From the NCBI GenBank assembly GCA_013265495.1, contig MU062380.1, positions 3,411,540 to 3,475,539 of the forward strand: a DNA stretch of 64,000 bases, read 5' to 3'. This document shows positions 46,621-59,290 of the stretch, one piece after another (the first letter of the stretch is position 1; the number at the start of each line of letters is the position of its first letter). The translations under genes were made by a program, and so were the position numbers. Origin of the DNA: Vicugna vicugna (lineage: Eukaryota). Below the pieces are notes generated by a model. It did not search any database. It saw nothing but the letters and a program-made list of their open reading frames with translations, and was not told the origin of the DNA.

Positions 46621-49258
46621 GCTGGCTCAAATCTTAAGGAAGCATTTCTAATCATCTTCATTCTTATCTCTGTTTCCCAGGGAACAGGGTTCTCTATGCT
46701 CATTAAACAAAAGGGCAGCAGGAAACCAACAGCAGGAGCTTCTTCACCCAGTCCTGGACACAGCCCCTGCTTTTCCAAGTCAGATACAAAGCCCAGACAT
46801 CTCCACTCTAAACAGTATGGGCTTTGACGGACTGTGGCAGGCCCAGTATGGGGACGAGTCACTGCAATGACTCATAACTGATAGCAGCCTGCAGCACCCA
46901 GAGGAGTAATGCAGAACCAGCCTTTTCTGCCCAGGTTTTAATCTTAGAAACAAAGGAACATTTACAGTTATGTCATTCTCTGCTTAGACCTGATTCCTTG
47001 AAATCTGGTCTCTTGTATCCTGTCAAGAATCTTGGACTATGATCTCTGGGAGTATGTATAGCATGGAATAAACAATTTACAATCTTGGAATCCTAAATTG
47101 CCCTTTCCCCACCACCCACTCTGCATGCTCCCGTTTATAACTGAAGTCTGCCCTCTGCTGGTCATAGGCAGCCCAGACCCACTCCACAGAGCCGCTGAGC
47201 AGATTTCTTCTAAAATCATTTCTTCTCCAGGAGCATTTTGGAAATTGCTACAATTTATTCAGCTATAGCAATAAGGAGAAATGACATCTTCTGCAGAGTG
47301 TTCCACTTTTATTCCTTGATGTTTGTGGGTTTTTTCCTTTTATTCAACAGTAGCAGAACTGGGCCAATTTCAGTTACATTTACGAGCCACTTTCATTTGT
47401 GATAAATAACCATTATTTGTATTTATGCAGTGCCTGCCCAGGCCCTTTTGCTCCTATTAACTCATGAGTCACTAAAGTGCTTTCCTATGGTAGAGGCGGG
47501 CAAGGGCTTCTCGAGGCAGGAAACACTACAATTAATGGGCTGTCAAATGTCTAGTAGTTTTCCAGAGGTGGTTTGTAGACTGAATGGTGAGTAAAGAAAG
47601 ATCCAGAGACCGATTTTCCTCAAGTTCTGTATCCATTTGCCCAGTTGGGAGGCTGCAGGGCAATAGGCACTTGGGAATTCCAAGCAGACATAGCAACTCT
47701 TTCTTCCTCTTCCTTCCACATGGGCATTCTGGCTCAGGAAACAGGTGCAGAAGGACACGAAAGGTGAGTGGGGAGGGAAGCCAGACTCCAAAGCAACCAC
47801 AAGACAGTGTGAGCAAAAGGCTGAACCAGTGATAAAAGGGAAGGAAGAAGATGGATAAGAATAAGTAGTGGGTAATGGAAAAACAAGAGACTAAAGAGGT
47901 GACTTCATTTTTCTGAGGGCCATTACTGCTTTCTGCAATGCAGTTAACTGTAAAAATCTGTTTAGTTTTTAGTTAACAAAGGAAGGGAATTCTTTCTGAT
48001 TTTCCAGAGTCCTTGAAAATAACCCTGTGCCTCTGACCAAATGTTTTAGGAACATTTATACTTTCTGCCTTGAGAGAAACACGGCACTTTTATGAAAGAA
48101 AACTTAATTTTTAGAGAGATGGTTTTGGTTTCTAACTTCTGAGTAGCTGAAGGGTGGGGGAACAAGGATTCCTTATTGTGAGCATACATCCTAACCAGAG
48201 GTCTAGAAAGCTGTCCCCTCCCCAAGGTGATCCTCAAGTACAGCCAGAGTGGGGGCTCCACTGCCCACCAGGGTCACCCTCCTCCCAAGGGTCTACCTCT
48301 GGCAGTCTGCTTGGGGCTACAGAAGCCCGGGCTCAGGGTGTAACAGAGATCCCTGTGTCCTGTTCTTTCTCTTCCCCTCCATTTCCCTCTTGCCTCCTCC
48401 CTTACCTGCCCTAGTCCTCTGGACTGAAGTCCTCTCCTTCCACATTGCCCCTTTCTGGATTTTGTGACTCAGAACTGAAGCACTGTAGGAAAGACAGGAC
48501 TCAGTGTACGAGTGGCTGTTGCTGCCCCTTTAAAATTAACCTTCAGCGGGGGGGTGGGGGGGGGTGGAGAGAGAGAGAAAGAAAGAGAGATAAGGGGGGA
48601 GAACCAGGTCTTCTGGCTTTCTTCCCAGAGATAAAGGTTATTCTTAGCAGTAAAATCATTTTGGCATTTAAGGAGACTTGTGTTTCTCTCCTTCTTGTCC
48701 CGGGAGCTTTGCATATTGCAACTCCTCTTCTTCATGCAGGGCAGATGAACAGGAAGAAAAAGAAGGAAAAGCAAGAGGGAGGGGTGCCATCACTGTTGCC
48801 CTGGTAGGTTCTTCTCAGGACTTTGGAAGGCTGATCTAGTTGGTCAGAACTAGACAGCGGAATGCCCTCACCCCAACCACAGAATGCCACTTTAATTCTA
48901 GCGGTCACTTTTGAGGCGAGAAGACTAAAGGCCAAATGAGCTCCCTTCAGGCCCTTCCACAGCACTTTGTATGGGGCACGTGTTCAACAAATGTTTGCTC
49001 AGCCGGCCTCCTGCTTTGCACCCTCCTTAGGATGGTGGTGCAGTCTCAGGACTGCCCTCACTGGGCGTTAGGACTGTGGCAATCAGTCAGGAAATTCAGG
49101 CCTCAGCACTAGAAATCAGGCTTCGGAAAACCAGGAACTTGAGAAATGCAAATTAAAAAAAAAAAAGGCAAAGGAAAAAAAATGGGTGGGCGAAGCTCGA
49201 GAAGTCTTACGTAATCCGATTCCACTTTGGACCCAGATGGTGCGATTCTGCAGAGCGG

Positions 49259-49272
49259 CCAGCAGGGGGAGC
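49259..49272 (+). promoter_or_regulatory. CTCF-like motif in a small CpG-rich patch
   Basis: GGCCAGCAGGGGGAGCTC, with about 12 CpGs in the surrounding ~140 bp of non-repeat-looking DNA. Confidence 0.6.
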
Positions 49273-51360
49273 TCAGGCAGTGTCGCAGAAAGCCAGCGCC
49301 GCGGTTGCCAGGAGCCGAAACCTACGGATAAACAAAACAATGAACCTTTGTGATTTTTCTTAGGTTCTTAATCCTGAGAGGCTTAATCCAAGACAGCCTG
49401 ATTTTCATCCTAGGGGACCCAGCTAACATCTTGCAGAGCACTAGTTGGGTCCTGGATGTCTTCATAGGTCTCTCTCTCCTCTTTTTCTCTCTCCCGAAAT
49501 ACTTTGTCTGCCTCTAATCTAACCCCTTTTCTCAAACTCTCTTCAGTATCTTTGTGTGTCTTTCCTTTCATAATTCCCGTTTTCTCTGAATCTGTGTTTC
49601 TGTGTATGCTTCTTATTTCTCTTTATCATCCTCGGCCCACTAGTAACTGTTAATGAAAAATAAATGAGATGAACGCACTGTAGGCTGAGCTCCGAAAGAT
49701 TTCAAGATCTGGCCAAAACTAACACTTTGAATAAAATTTAGAATATGCTGTACAGCAAAAGTGGCTAATTCTGCCACCACTTAGCTGTTCAGTCTTGTCT
49801 TCTGTGCACATTCTCCTGTCTCTGGCCTCCAGGCCAGCTGCCCTTGCCGTCCTGCAGTCCTCTCCTACCCATTGGTTGCTGCCCACCTTCCCCAAACCAT
49901 TGACCTCCGGTGGTCATCTTCCCCCTGACCAGCGTGATAAGGTCTTTCAAGGCTTTTAGAGAAGATGCCCACACCAGAAGAGTTGTACCTCTAATGACAC
50001 AGTTTTTCATTTCTTAAGTAAGACCCAGCCCAGAACACATTAGAACTTTTGGGATTGGGGGATGAGGGGCTCCAGGTGAGAAACTGGTGAGGGACTCAGC
50101 CTTGCAGTCTACCTGAAACCTCTTGTCCTCCAGTATTCAGGTGCTCCAGCTGGATCTGGTCCACTCTGCCAGAGTATCTCCACTCACGGTGACTTTCTCT
50201 TGGGGATCTTCTTCATTGTCTTTCTGTCTCTCCAGACTGGCCCTTGGGGACCTCTAGCTTATCACACAGCCCATATACATCTGATCCCTTGTGGGGACAG
50301 AGTTTAAATTATTTTTCTGGGGTTTTGGGCCCTGGGGAATGCATGAAATGCAACTGAGTGTATGTTTTAAAGTTTCAGAATATCCCATGACAGTCAGGAT
50401 GCACCCTTATCATCTTACAAAAGGATGCTTTGCCACAGGGTCCAAATGAGGGCCCTGAGCATGTGCAGTACACAGACAGCTTTAGGCAGTGCTGCTCAGC
50501 AGGCGCCGCCTCGGTCCCAGCCCCAGGACTGCAACCATGGTGGTTATAGTGGCGGCGAAGTAGCTGCCTCATTTCTCCAGTCCATGCCTGCACCTTCATT
50601 CAGATGAGTCTCCCAGGACCCCTCCCATGTCCAAATCGATCCTATTCTATCCTGTTCTAACTAACAGTGTGTGTCCCCGAGAGACAGAGTCTAACACTGG
50701 ATCTGGTAGGACATGAGACTCTTGGCACTTGAAATTTCTTTACAACTCCTGCAGCCAAGGAAGGTAATGGGGGTATGATCTGATCCACCTGCTCCTGCCC
50801 TGTTCAGTACTTGGTAACCATCATCATTTCCTAGTTCCAGAACCTGCCTGGACCAAGTTTAAGACCAAAGTAGGGAGTAGGGGGCAGATAGGCAATGCAA
50901 TCCAACATTAAAAGGCACTTGCCACTTACTTGCCCTCACTGGGCCCTGGCCACAGTGAGAGGCTGAATAAGACATGGGGCCTGTCCTCAGGGAGCAAATG
51001 CTTCAGTGGGGCTGTCCCACTGTGTCTCTGAACCGGAATATAAATGAAGCTACTGCAGAAAAACCCAGTGCTGCAAAGTGCTAACATCATCAAGCAGGTT
51101 GCCTCTGCAGTGCCATCCATAATCTCCGTGACTTCCAGAACCAAAAGAGTTGTTATGTGACTTTCTAAATTAAGCTTTTGCATTACTTTGGAAACTTACA
51201 AAGCATTCCTTCCCACAGACACTGTTCCCAAATTAAACTCTTTGTGCTTGTGCAGCTGTTCAAATGTTGGTGAATAGATGGAAAGGTTCTTAGGAAGGGA
51301 AGAGAGGTGGGTACCTAGAAGGGAGAGGGGAGCACTGTGGGGAAGGTTTTTTTTTTTTGT

Positions 51361-51408
51361 GGGGGGTTGGGGTTGGAGAGCTGGGGGTTGGGGTTGAAGA
51401 GCTGGGGG
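51361..51408 (+). repeat. G-rich 21-bp tandem repeat (about 2.3 copies)
   Basis: gggggttggggttggagagct / gggggttggggttgaagagct / ggggg, starting at 51362, 51383 and 51404. Confidence 0.85.
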
Positions 51409-52654
51409 TCAGGTAACAGGGATTATAGAAGAGTTGAAGAAGATTATAATCAAGTTAGTCAGTACATAGAATATTTTTTAAATTATTGGGTTTAGATAAG
51501 AGTAGGTTAAGAGGGCCTATTATGATCAAGTATTTAAAAGTAAGCTTTTAAGTGGAAAACTTGGTGAGTGGCTATTCCCCACTTCTAATCAGTAGGAGCC
51601 AGAGGAAACAAACATAAACTGCCAAGATGGTATCTTAAGATCATGGTGAGGCCCACTTTTGAAGATTTAACAACAGTTAAACACTAGAGTGGGTCACAGA
51701 GATCGGCTGGGTGCTCTTCTCCAGAGGCATTCATTGAAAGAAGCAGCCTTTGCATCCTGCAGTGCTGCAGGTGACCTCTAGCCTAGACAGAGCCATGGTC
51801 CAGATGAGCTGGCTCGCCAGGTTTTCTTCTGGATTGGGAGAGAAAAGAACTCCTGCAACATTAGAGTCCTTTGGCAGCAGCTGGAAAGAAATGGACAGAT
51901 TAAAGGCCCACAGTTCCCACCGGCCCACCTCTCTCCAAAATGCCAGGGCTCCTTCTTTCAAGCCACCCTGTGTCATTTGTTTCATACTTTGTGCCTAGAG
52001 CTTTGCCTACAAAAATGTGAGCCATCTGAGCTCACATTTTTTTTCAGAGAGCCCTTGCTCACAAAACTTATGTCTGCAGTATTTGAATTGGCTACCAGGC
52101 CGCTCACTTTTCCACACAAGCTTTCCCCAACTTATCTCTGGGTTTCTCCCCGACAGCTAGCAATTATTTGGTGGTGATGTAACAGGAAACACAGATTCCT
52201 CTTGGAAACCATTTTCATAGGGGTCGGCTGAGTGGTAAGGGATGGAAACGGGGGTTGGAGCAGAATAGAGTTAAGGAGGTAAATAAACCCACCTTTACCA
52301 AGATAGTATCATCCATGTGGCTTGGGTGCTCCTCTGAGAGGGCAAGAGGCCCAGCCTGCAGCAACCAGGGCCCTGGGGATCACAGAGGCAGAGAGCTGTG
52401 CTGGACGCTGGCTGCCTGACTGCCCCTGCGGTTCCAGGGCAGAGCCCTGAGGAGGATTCCTCTGGTCTTGGCTGTGTGCCAGATTAGCTGTTTGTCCCTC
52501 GGCCACTTATCCTCTCTGGGTCTTGATCTCATTGTCTGCAAGAGGAAAATATTTGCAAAAACATCTCTGAGTTTCCAATATACTCTATATTCTGTCATTC
52601 TGCACGGCCTTGTGTTTTGATTTTAAATATTAATACTGCCTTTTACCTGTATGG

Positions 52655-52850
52655 TGCTTTATGATTTATAAAGCACTTTCACACACTTGTCTCGTTTGGT
52701 CCTCACAACCATGCTGTGGAATAGCTAGGACAGAAGTTATTCTCCCCATTTTAGAGATTAAGAAACTGAGGATCAAGGAAGTTAGATAATGTGTTATCAC
52801 ACAGATAGTAAGTGAAAAGCCAGGACTCCGGCCTAGGTCTTCCAAGTTGA
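52655..52850 (-). mobile_element. MIR SINE
   Basis: tcctcacaacc...tctccccattttagagattaagaaactgagg. Confidence 0.8.
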
Positions 52851-54466
52851 GCTCAGTTCTTCATCCTTTGGTTGAAGGTTGGGGGCGTGTCCAGTTGCCT
52901 TTGAAATCAGGTAATTATGGACTGTCAATCTAGAAAAATGAATTTGGGATTTTTAGATGCTTAACATCTAAACATGGACCTCAGATAAAATGCCCCTGCT
53001 CTCAGCCATCTTTATGAACTTTTGCAAATGTGTGAATGCCTAGCTTCTCTGACCAGATTGCAAGCTCCTTGGAGGTTCATGCCTTGTGTTTTCTCTTCCC
53101 TGCAACACTTCTCCAGCAAGTGTTCTAGCGCCAAGCACCTAGCAGGGGTAAGAACGTGAAATACGTAAGTGGAACAGATGTCCATTTCCACATTTGACCA
53201 CTTGTCCTACAAGAACTGTTATCCTTGTACACGTTCTGCCCTAGACAGCCATCTGCCTGCCACACTACTCCCCAAATCCTAGAACACAGCACAGTTTCCC
53301 CTGACTGATGCAGCAATATCCTCCTCCTCCTTAGCATTATTTTTCAGGCACGAAATGGGCTCATAGGTACAAAGAGACGTGGCCTCAGTGATCTCATGCC
53401 CCAAGAGGCTGATGTAAGTAAAGAAGACAGATTGGCTGCCTTAGCTGGAGAGTAGTGGTGAATTAGTGGGAGGGGCTGCTCTGAGCTTATGTTGAAAGGG
53501 AAAGGTGGTGCTGAGGCGGAAGCAGTCAGGAGCATCTGAGGAAAGCTGCCAAGAACATCTGGATGATTGCAAGGAGAAAGTGCCTCCTGCCAGTGGGAGG
53601 GATGAATGAGCCTGGGGAATGAACCAACAGGGCTGAGTGCAAGGCCTGTGTGGGTTTTCTGGTCACTTGTGCACAGTTGGCACCAAACCTGAGTGCAGTC
53701 TTGCTCCATGTCCCTAGACCTCTATCCTCATCAGCAACTGTGACTTCAGTCCTTTTGTCAGGACTGCAAGGAGAGAAGACTCGGTGATAATCCAGGGATG
53801 GCCCCAATCTAAAACTTTGCCCCATTATTACCCTGCCATTATCTTATATCCCAAGTCCTTACTTTCCCAGATTTGGTGGAGAAAGAGAAGGATTCCAAGA
53901 CTGTTGTAAGCAGGACCACTCCCAATAAATGAAACCATCTCATACCTAGGGACTGACTCAGTTGAGCTCCATTGGCCAGAAGAATCCGAGTTCCAGCCAA
54001 AGGTGGTTTTGGTCTCTTCCCTTGTAGCTACCAATGACTCCACCATGAGAAGACTCCGAGGGTGATAGGGTATCAGAGACAGCAGGCACCCTGGGGTTAC
54101 ATATTCATCCAACACCCTCACCGACAGATGAGTATGGTGATGACATAAGTGTCCAAAGCCACCCAGCAGTTTGTGAAAGAATCTGGACTAGAACCCGAAA
54201 GTGCTGACCCAGCACCGTGCTAGCTCTCCTCCTACCTTACCTGAGCCTGGCCCTTTCAGATGCCGAAAGTCTCCACCCAGGGGCAACTCTGAGCAACCAA
54301 GCAAGGAAGGTCTGAATTTGCAAAACTTCTTTGTGGAAGCAACTGCTCTTTAGGAGACCTCTTTATGTTATAGCCAGTGCCGGAACTCTGCCGCCCCCCA
54401 AATTGTGGTTCTAAAAGCTTTTCTGGCTGCCAAGCCTGTCCCCTGTGGCCAGACACAGCGCTTGAC

Positions 54467-54612
54467 CTCATCCTAGTACTCTCATCCACTAATCAGACAA
54501 CCTGGTGCCTCCTGGTGACACCCTCATCCTGGTCTCATCCTAGTGGTCTCATCCACTAATCAGACAGCCTTGGTACCTCCTGGTTGGGAGTTGGGGGGGG
54601 TGGTGACACCCT
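54467..54612 (+). repeat. Imperfect tandem duplication, period about 67 bp
   Basis: ctcatcctagtactctcatccactaatcagacaacctggtgcctcctggt (54467) repeated as ctcatcctagtggtctcatccactaatcagacagccttggtacctcctggt (54534). Confidence 0.85.
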
Positions 54613-55164
54613 GTCAGGTGCAAGGTGGAAGCAGAGTGCCTTGCACAGACACTTCATAATGTTCTACAAGTAAATGACAAGTTTCTAACTCTTATGCACT
54701 CCCTTAACTCACCACTTCGAAAAGCAACCAGCAAACTTGCATTCAACCTGCAGAGCAAAGCAACTCAAATAAACAGATTTTTATTGAGCTACAGTTGGAA
54801 AGGCAGTGTACCAGATGCTGAGCTCTATACAAAAACCGGCCCAAGTGCCTGCTTTCAAAGGACTCACAGTCCAACTGGGGGAGAACAGGTGAAATTATAC
54901 TTGAATTATGTCACAAGGCAGCCATACAAGAAGTGGCATGAAGCAACAAATGACCATTTGCAAAATTATTGGAATAGATCATTTGTGTATTGGTGCACAG
55001 AAGAAGAGAACACTGTGAACTAAACAGGCTGGGGAAGTTTGTGGAAAAGGAAAAATCTGATCAGGACTTTAAAGGACGGGAAGAATTTAGAATGGAGAGA
55101 AGTTCCAGAAATTGGTAACTGTGAGAAAAGCTACAAAAATAGAAAAATGCAAGCGTGCTGAGGG

Positions 55165-55420
55165 TAGTGAGTAATAATAGTCATAATAGTAGATGGTGCT
55201 TATCACATATCAGACCCTAATTTAAGCAACTAACATTTATTAATTCTCTTGATTCTCATGCAATTTAAATTATTTCTGTTATTATGCCACTTTTACAGTT
55301 GAAGAAACTGAGCCATAGAGAGGTTTCAGTAATTCACCTGAGGACACAGCCTAAAAGTGCCTGAGCTGGGATTTGGGCCCAGAGGCTATACATCCAGCCA
55401 CTGCTTATACCACTGCTCTC
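55165..55420 (-). mobile_element. MIR SINE
   Basis: cacttttacagttgaagaaactgagccatagagaggtt...gagctgggatttgggcccag. Confidence 0.75.
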
Positions 55421-57319
55421 ACCATGGCTAGAGGAGTTGATTTGTTGATAAGGTGTATTGAGGGCAAATGACGGAGGATCTCGACTTGATTTTGTGGACA
55501 CTAGGGAACCATTAAAGGTTTCTGAGCAGGAAAGTAGATCTAGGACTTAGGTTTTCACATTGAAATACACACAGGAAGAAAAGCCTGAGGACACATTCAT
55601 ACAAAAAAAGCCCAGAGAAATACATCAGCACATACATACAGATGTCCTTCCTTTTCAGAGTTACTTCTGGTGGCCTCTCAGATCTTAAACTACCAGAGGA
55701 TCAAATCCTTGGTCAGTGGCACTGAGGGAACAACAAAAAGTTAAGCAGCCCTCAAATCTACCCAGGCACATGCTCAAAGGCTAGGGACAGAGATAGACGT
55801 GGAGGAAATAGTAGGCTCAGGGGAGAGTGGGAAAGAGTGGAGGGACACAAGATGTCAGAGAGCAAGAGAGAGGTCAGCAAAATCAGTTGTGACCTCAGGT
55901 GTGTAATTCAGCAATATCTTCAGCATGATTGAATCAAGGCTTCTGGAAGAAGACAGCATATTGTCAGCTATCTCCTTGAATATTTTATAACAGCAGATAA
56001 TTTCTTTAGTCTCTTCCCTCATATTTACAGGCTGAAATGGAAAATATTTTCATGCACAGAATGTTTTTATTTCTCTCTCTCTTTTTAAGACTCAGTTTTG
56101 CTAATACATTTCATCAAGGATTATAAAGCTGAACTTGTTCTCATGACCATCTACTATAATGCACGTGGGACAGATGAAGTAATAGGACCTCTGTAAGGGT
56201 GGTAATTGAAATAAGAACATCTTTTTTCTTTTTTTCTAGAAACAGTATGCACAAAGGAGCCTGCTCAATCCAATGAAGTCAAAACATGAGGTAATTTGAG
56301 TCCTGAGCAGAGGTTAGATAATTGTCTTGGGTCGGGCTTTGGGAACAGTCACAGGAGATGAGGCATCATCCTGTCGAGTTGGTCTTTGGGGGAATATCTG
56401 GTTTGTGTGAGTGTTGTTCGGCTCCTGAGTCACAAAGCACGGGTTGTAGGGCTGGCCTTAGTCTGGGCTCCAGGCAAAATTATGTACTCACCCTTGTAAA
56501 TTGTGGTATTCAGTACAAGCATTGTAGCGGTTTATGGCCACGCCTTCGTGACCCCACTTTTGGAAACAGAGTGCAAATCTGAGTTCCAAGCAGCTGTTTT
56601 ATATCCACCCACAGGAAAGCAGCAGATAGATGATGTGGGGGTGGGGTGAGGAATGGTGTGTGAATGTCCAAATCTTGTTCTCTTAAACATGTATTTTTGT
56701 TTGAAGAATGTGTTGATTCATTTGTACTTAAATGAAAGCAAAAAAATATATAAGAAAGTCAAACGTTGTGCAGACTTACCCTCCTCAGTCCCGTGTGGCA
56801 TTGGTAAACGGGGGCTGTTCTTTCCTCCTGCCTTTGCTTTCTTCTCGGCCGCAGCTATTTGAGAAGACTTAAGCCCACGCCTGATGTTGAGTCATTTCTG
56901 GTGAGGGCTGTGTGTAAGGGGTTTGGAAATGTCACGTTCCCAGACCCTCATTCTAGGAACCAAGTCACTACTTTCAGGCTCTTGAGTTGACCTAAATTCT
57001 TCCCTTTCAGCCAGATCTGGGACATCTGGCGCCAAGAACAAACCTGGGTGGCCCCAGAGCCACAGTTCTTCCTATGTTGGCCCTTCCTGGTTCAGTGGCC
57101 CAAGTCCCAGAGGTGAACCATTATCCTGGTTTCACCTCCTAAGTTCTGACTTATTGTCTTGCCTAGTACTAGGTACTCGCTAGCACTAGGTACTCTCCCC
57201 AGCTCTCATCCATCCTTGTCCCTTCTTTCTACCAGCTGGGGTTTTCTATGATGTCAGGTCATGGAATGACTGTCCCATGGGACCCTCACATTAGTTTCTG
57301 TTCACTTAGGTGAGTGTCT

Positions 57320-59290
57320 CTCAACAGGAGTGGTATTGGAAACTCCAATAGGGCATTTTTGACCGTCACAGTTCTTAGGAGGGGTACTAGCGGCCTTCAG
57401 TGAGAGGGAACCAAGGATGCTAGCTATCTGATCGTATGCAGCACAGGTGCCACACCAAGAGGTGCCGTGTGTCCTTTGTAACCTTCAAAAGTCACACTGG
57501 ACATATGTGTGGGAAAACCTGCTTATAATTATCTGGCTGTGGAACTCCATCCCATTTTACTTGGAAATACAAGTTAATTTTGCATATTTTAATATACACT
57601 GACTCTCCTGTAAATACCCCTTAAACATTTTTAAAGGAAGAGAAGATTGTACTGCGTTTGTTCAGAACTTTACCAACAGTAGTCACAATTTCAGAAAAGT
57701 ACTTCACTGCCAGTAACTTCGCTCTCATTAGTTGAATTGTCAGCACGTGTGTCTCCATCTACATTTGTCTCTGTCACGTTCACTCTGATCTCAAAGCAAC
57801 TGTTCATTCTACCTTCTAGTTAGTCACCCCTAAACATTAATATACTCCAATATGTATGATTTAGTTATAAATTATTCCTCTACTACCAGTAATTTTTCTT
57901 TATTTTTTAAGTTAGGACACTATATTGACTTTTAGAAATATGTATGTAGGAGGTTTATTATTTGTGAATTTCTTTTCAGAATAGTGAATGAGACCTAACA
58001 AAACATTCATTTAAGAATAGATCATTGAGTCAAAACATTATCTAACGTAAATCACAGCAATGTTTTCCTAGGTCAGTCTACCAAGGCAATAGAAATAAAA
58101 GCAAAAATAAATAAATGGGACCTAATTTAACTTATAAGCTGTTGCACAGAAAAGAAAACCATAAACAAAATGAAAAGACAATATACAGAATGGGAGAAAA
58201 TATTTGCAAATGACACAAGTGACAAGCGCTTAATTTCCAGACTATACAAACAGCTCATACAACTCAATAACAAAAAACAACCCAATCAAAAATGGGCAGA
58301 AGACCTAAATACACATTTCTCTAATGAAGAGATACAGACGGCCAAGAGACGTGAAAAAATGCTCAATATCACTAATTATCGGAGAAATGCAAATCAAAGC
58401 TACAATGAAGTATCACCTCATACTGATCAGAATGGCCATCATTAAAAAGCCCACAAATGATAAATATGGAGAAGGTGTGGAGAAAAGGGAACCCTCCTAC
58501 ACTGTTGGTGGGAATGTAATTTGGTGCAGCTACTATGGAAAACAGTACAGAGGTGCCTTAAAAAACTAAAATAGAGTTATCATATGATCCAGTAATCTCA
58601 GTCCTGGGTGTATACCCAGAGAAAACTCTAATTTGAGANNNNNNNNNNNNNNNNNNNNNNNNNNNNNNNNNNNNNNNNNNNNNNNNNNNNNNNNNNNNNN
58701 NNNNNNNNNNNNNNNNNNNNNNNNNNNNNNNNNNNNNNNNNNNNNNNNNNNNNNNNNNNNNNNNNNNNNNNNNNNNNNNNNNNNNNNNNNNNNNATTTGT
58801 AGCAACATCGATAGACCTAGAGATTATAATACTAATTGAAGTAAGTCACAAGGAGAAATACCATATGATATAACTTACATATGGAATCTAAAAAAAAAAT
58901 GACACAAATGAACTTATTTGCAAAACAGAAACAGACTCACAGACACAGAAAACAAACTTATGGTTACCAGAGGGGAAGGAGGAGGAGGGATAAACTAGGA
59001 GTTTGGGATTTGCAGATACAAACTACTCTGTATAAAATAGATAAACAGCAAGGTCCTACTGTAGCACAGGAAACTATATTCAGTATCTTGTAATAGGACC
59101 TATAATGAAAAAGAATATATATATAAATATATATAATGTGTGTGTGTGTGTGTGAATCACTATGCTATATTCCAGAAACTAATACAACATTGTAAATCAA
59201 CAATACTTCAGTTTTAAAAAATACATAAAGAAGCAACAACAACAACAAAAAGAATAGGTCACTGGATCTGATGGGGCTAAGAATCCTTGA
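57320..59290 (+). mobile_element. hAT-Charlie element (MER20B-like) split by an L1 insertion
   Basis: gaaaacctgcttataattatctg...cagaactttaccaac... up to 58027; resumes after 59250 with ggtcactggatctgatggggctaagaatcc. Subfamily uncertain. Confidence 0.55.
58028..59249 (+). mobile_element. 5'-truncated L1 (frameshifted ORF2 C-terminus plus 3' UTR), with an N-gap at 58639-58794
   Basis: ORFs 58170-58445 and 58324-58569 are L1 ORF2 (EWEKIFAN; [13 protein letters not shown]; YTVGGNV). 15-bp TSD aagaatagatcattg (58013-58027) / aagaataggtcactg (59250-59264). Confidence 0.9.

Noticed and set aside
54467-54612. Direct repeats as a CRISPR array
   Set aside because: Only two long imperfect copies, no unique spacers, no cas genes, and the DNA is mammalian.
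58170-58569. Two overlapping ORFs as a novel gene
   Set aside because: Frameshifted L1 ORF2 C-terminus.
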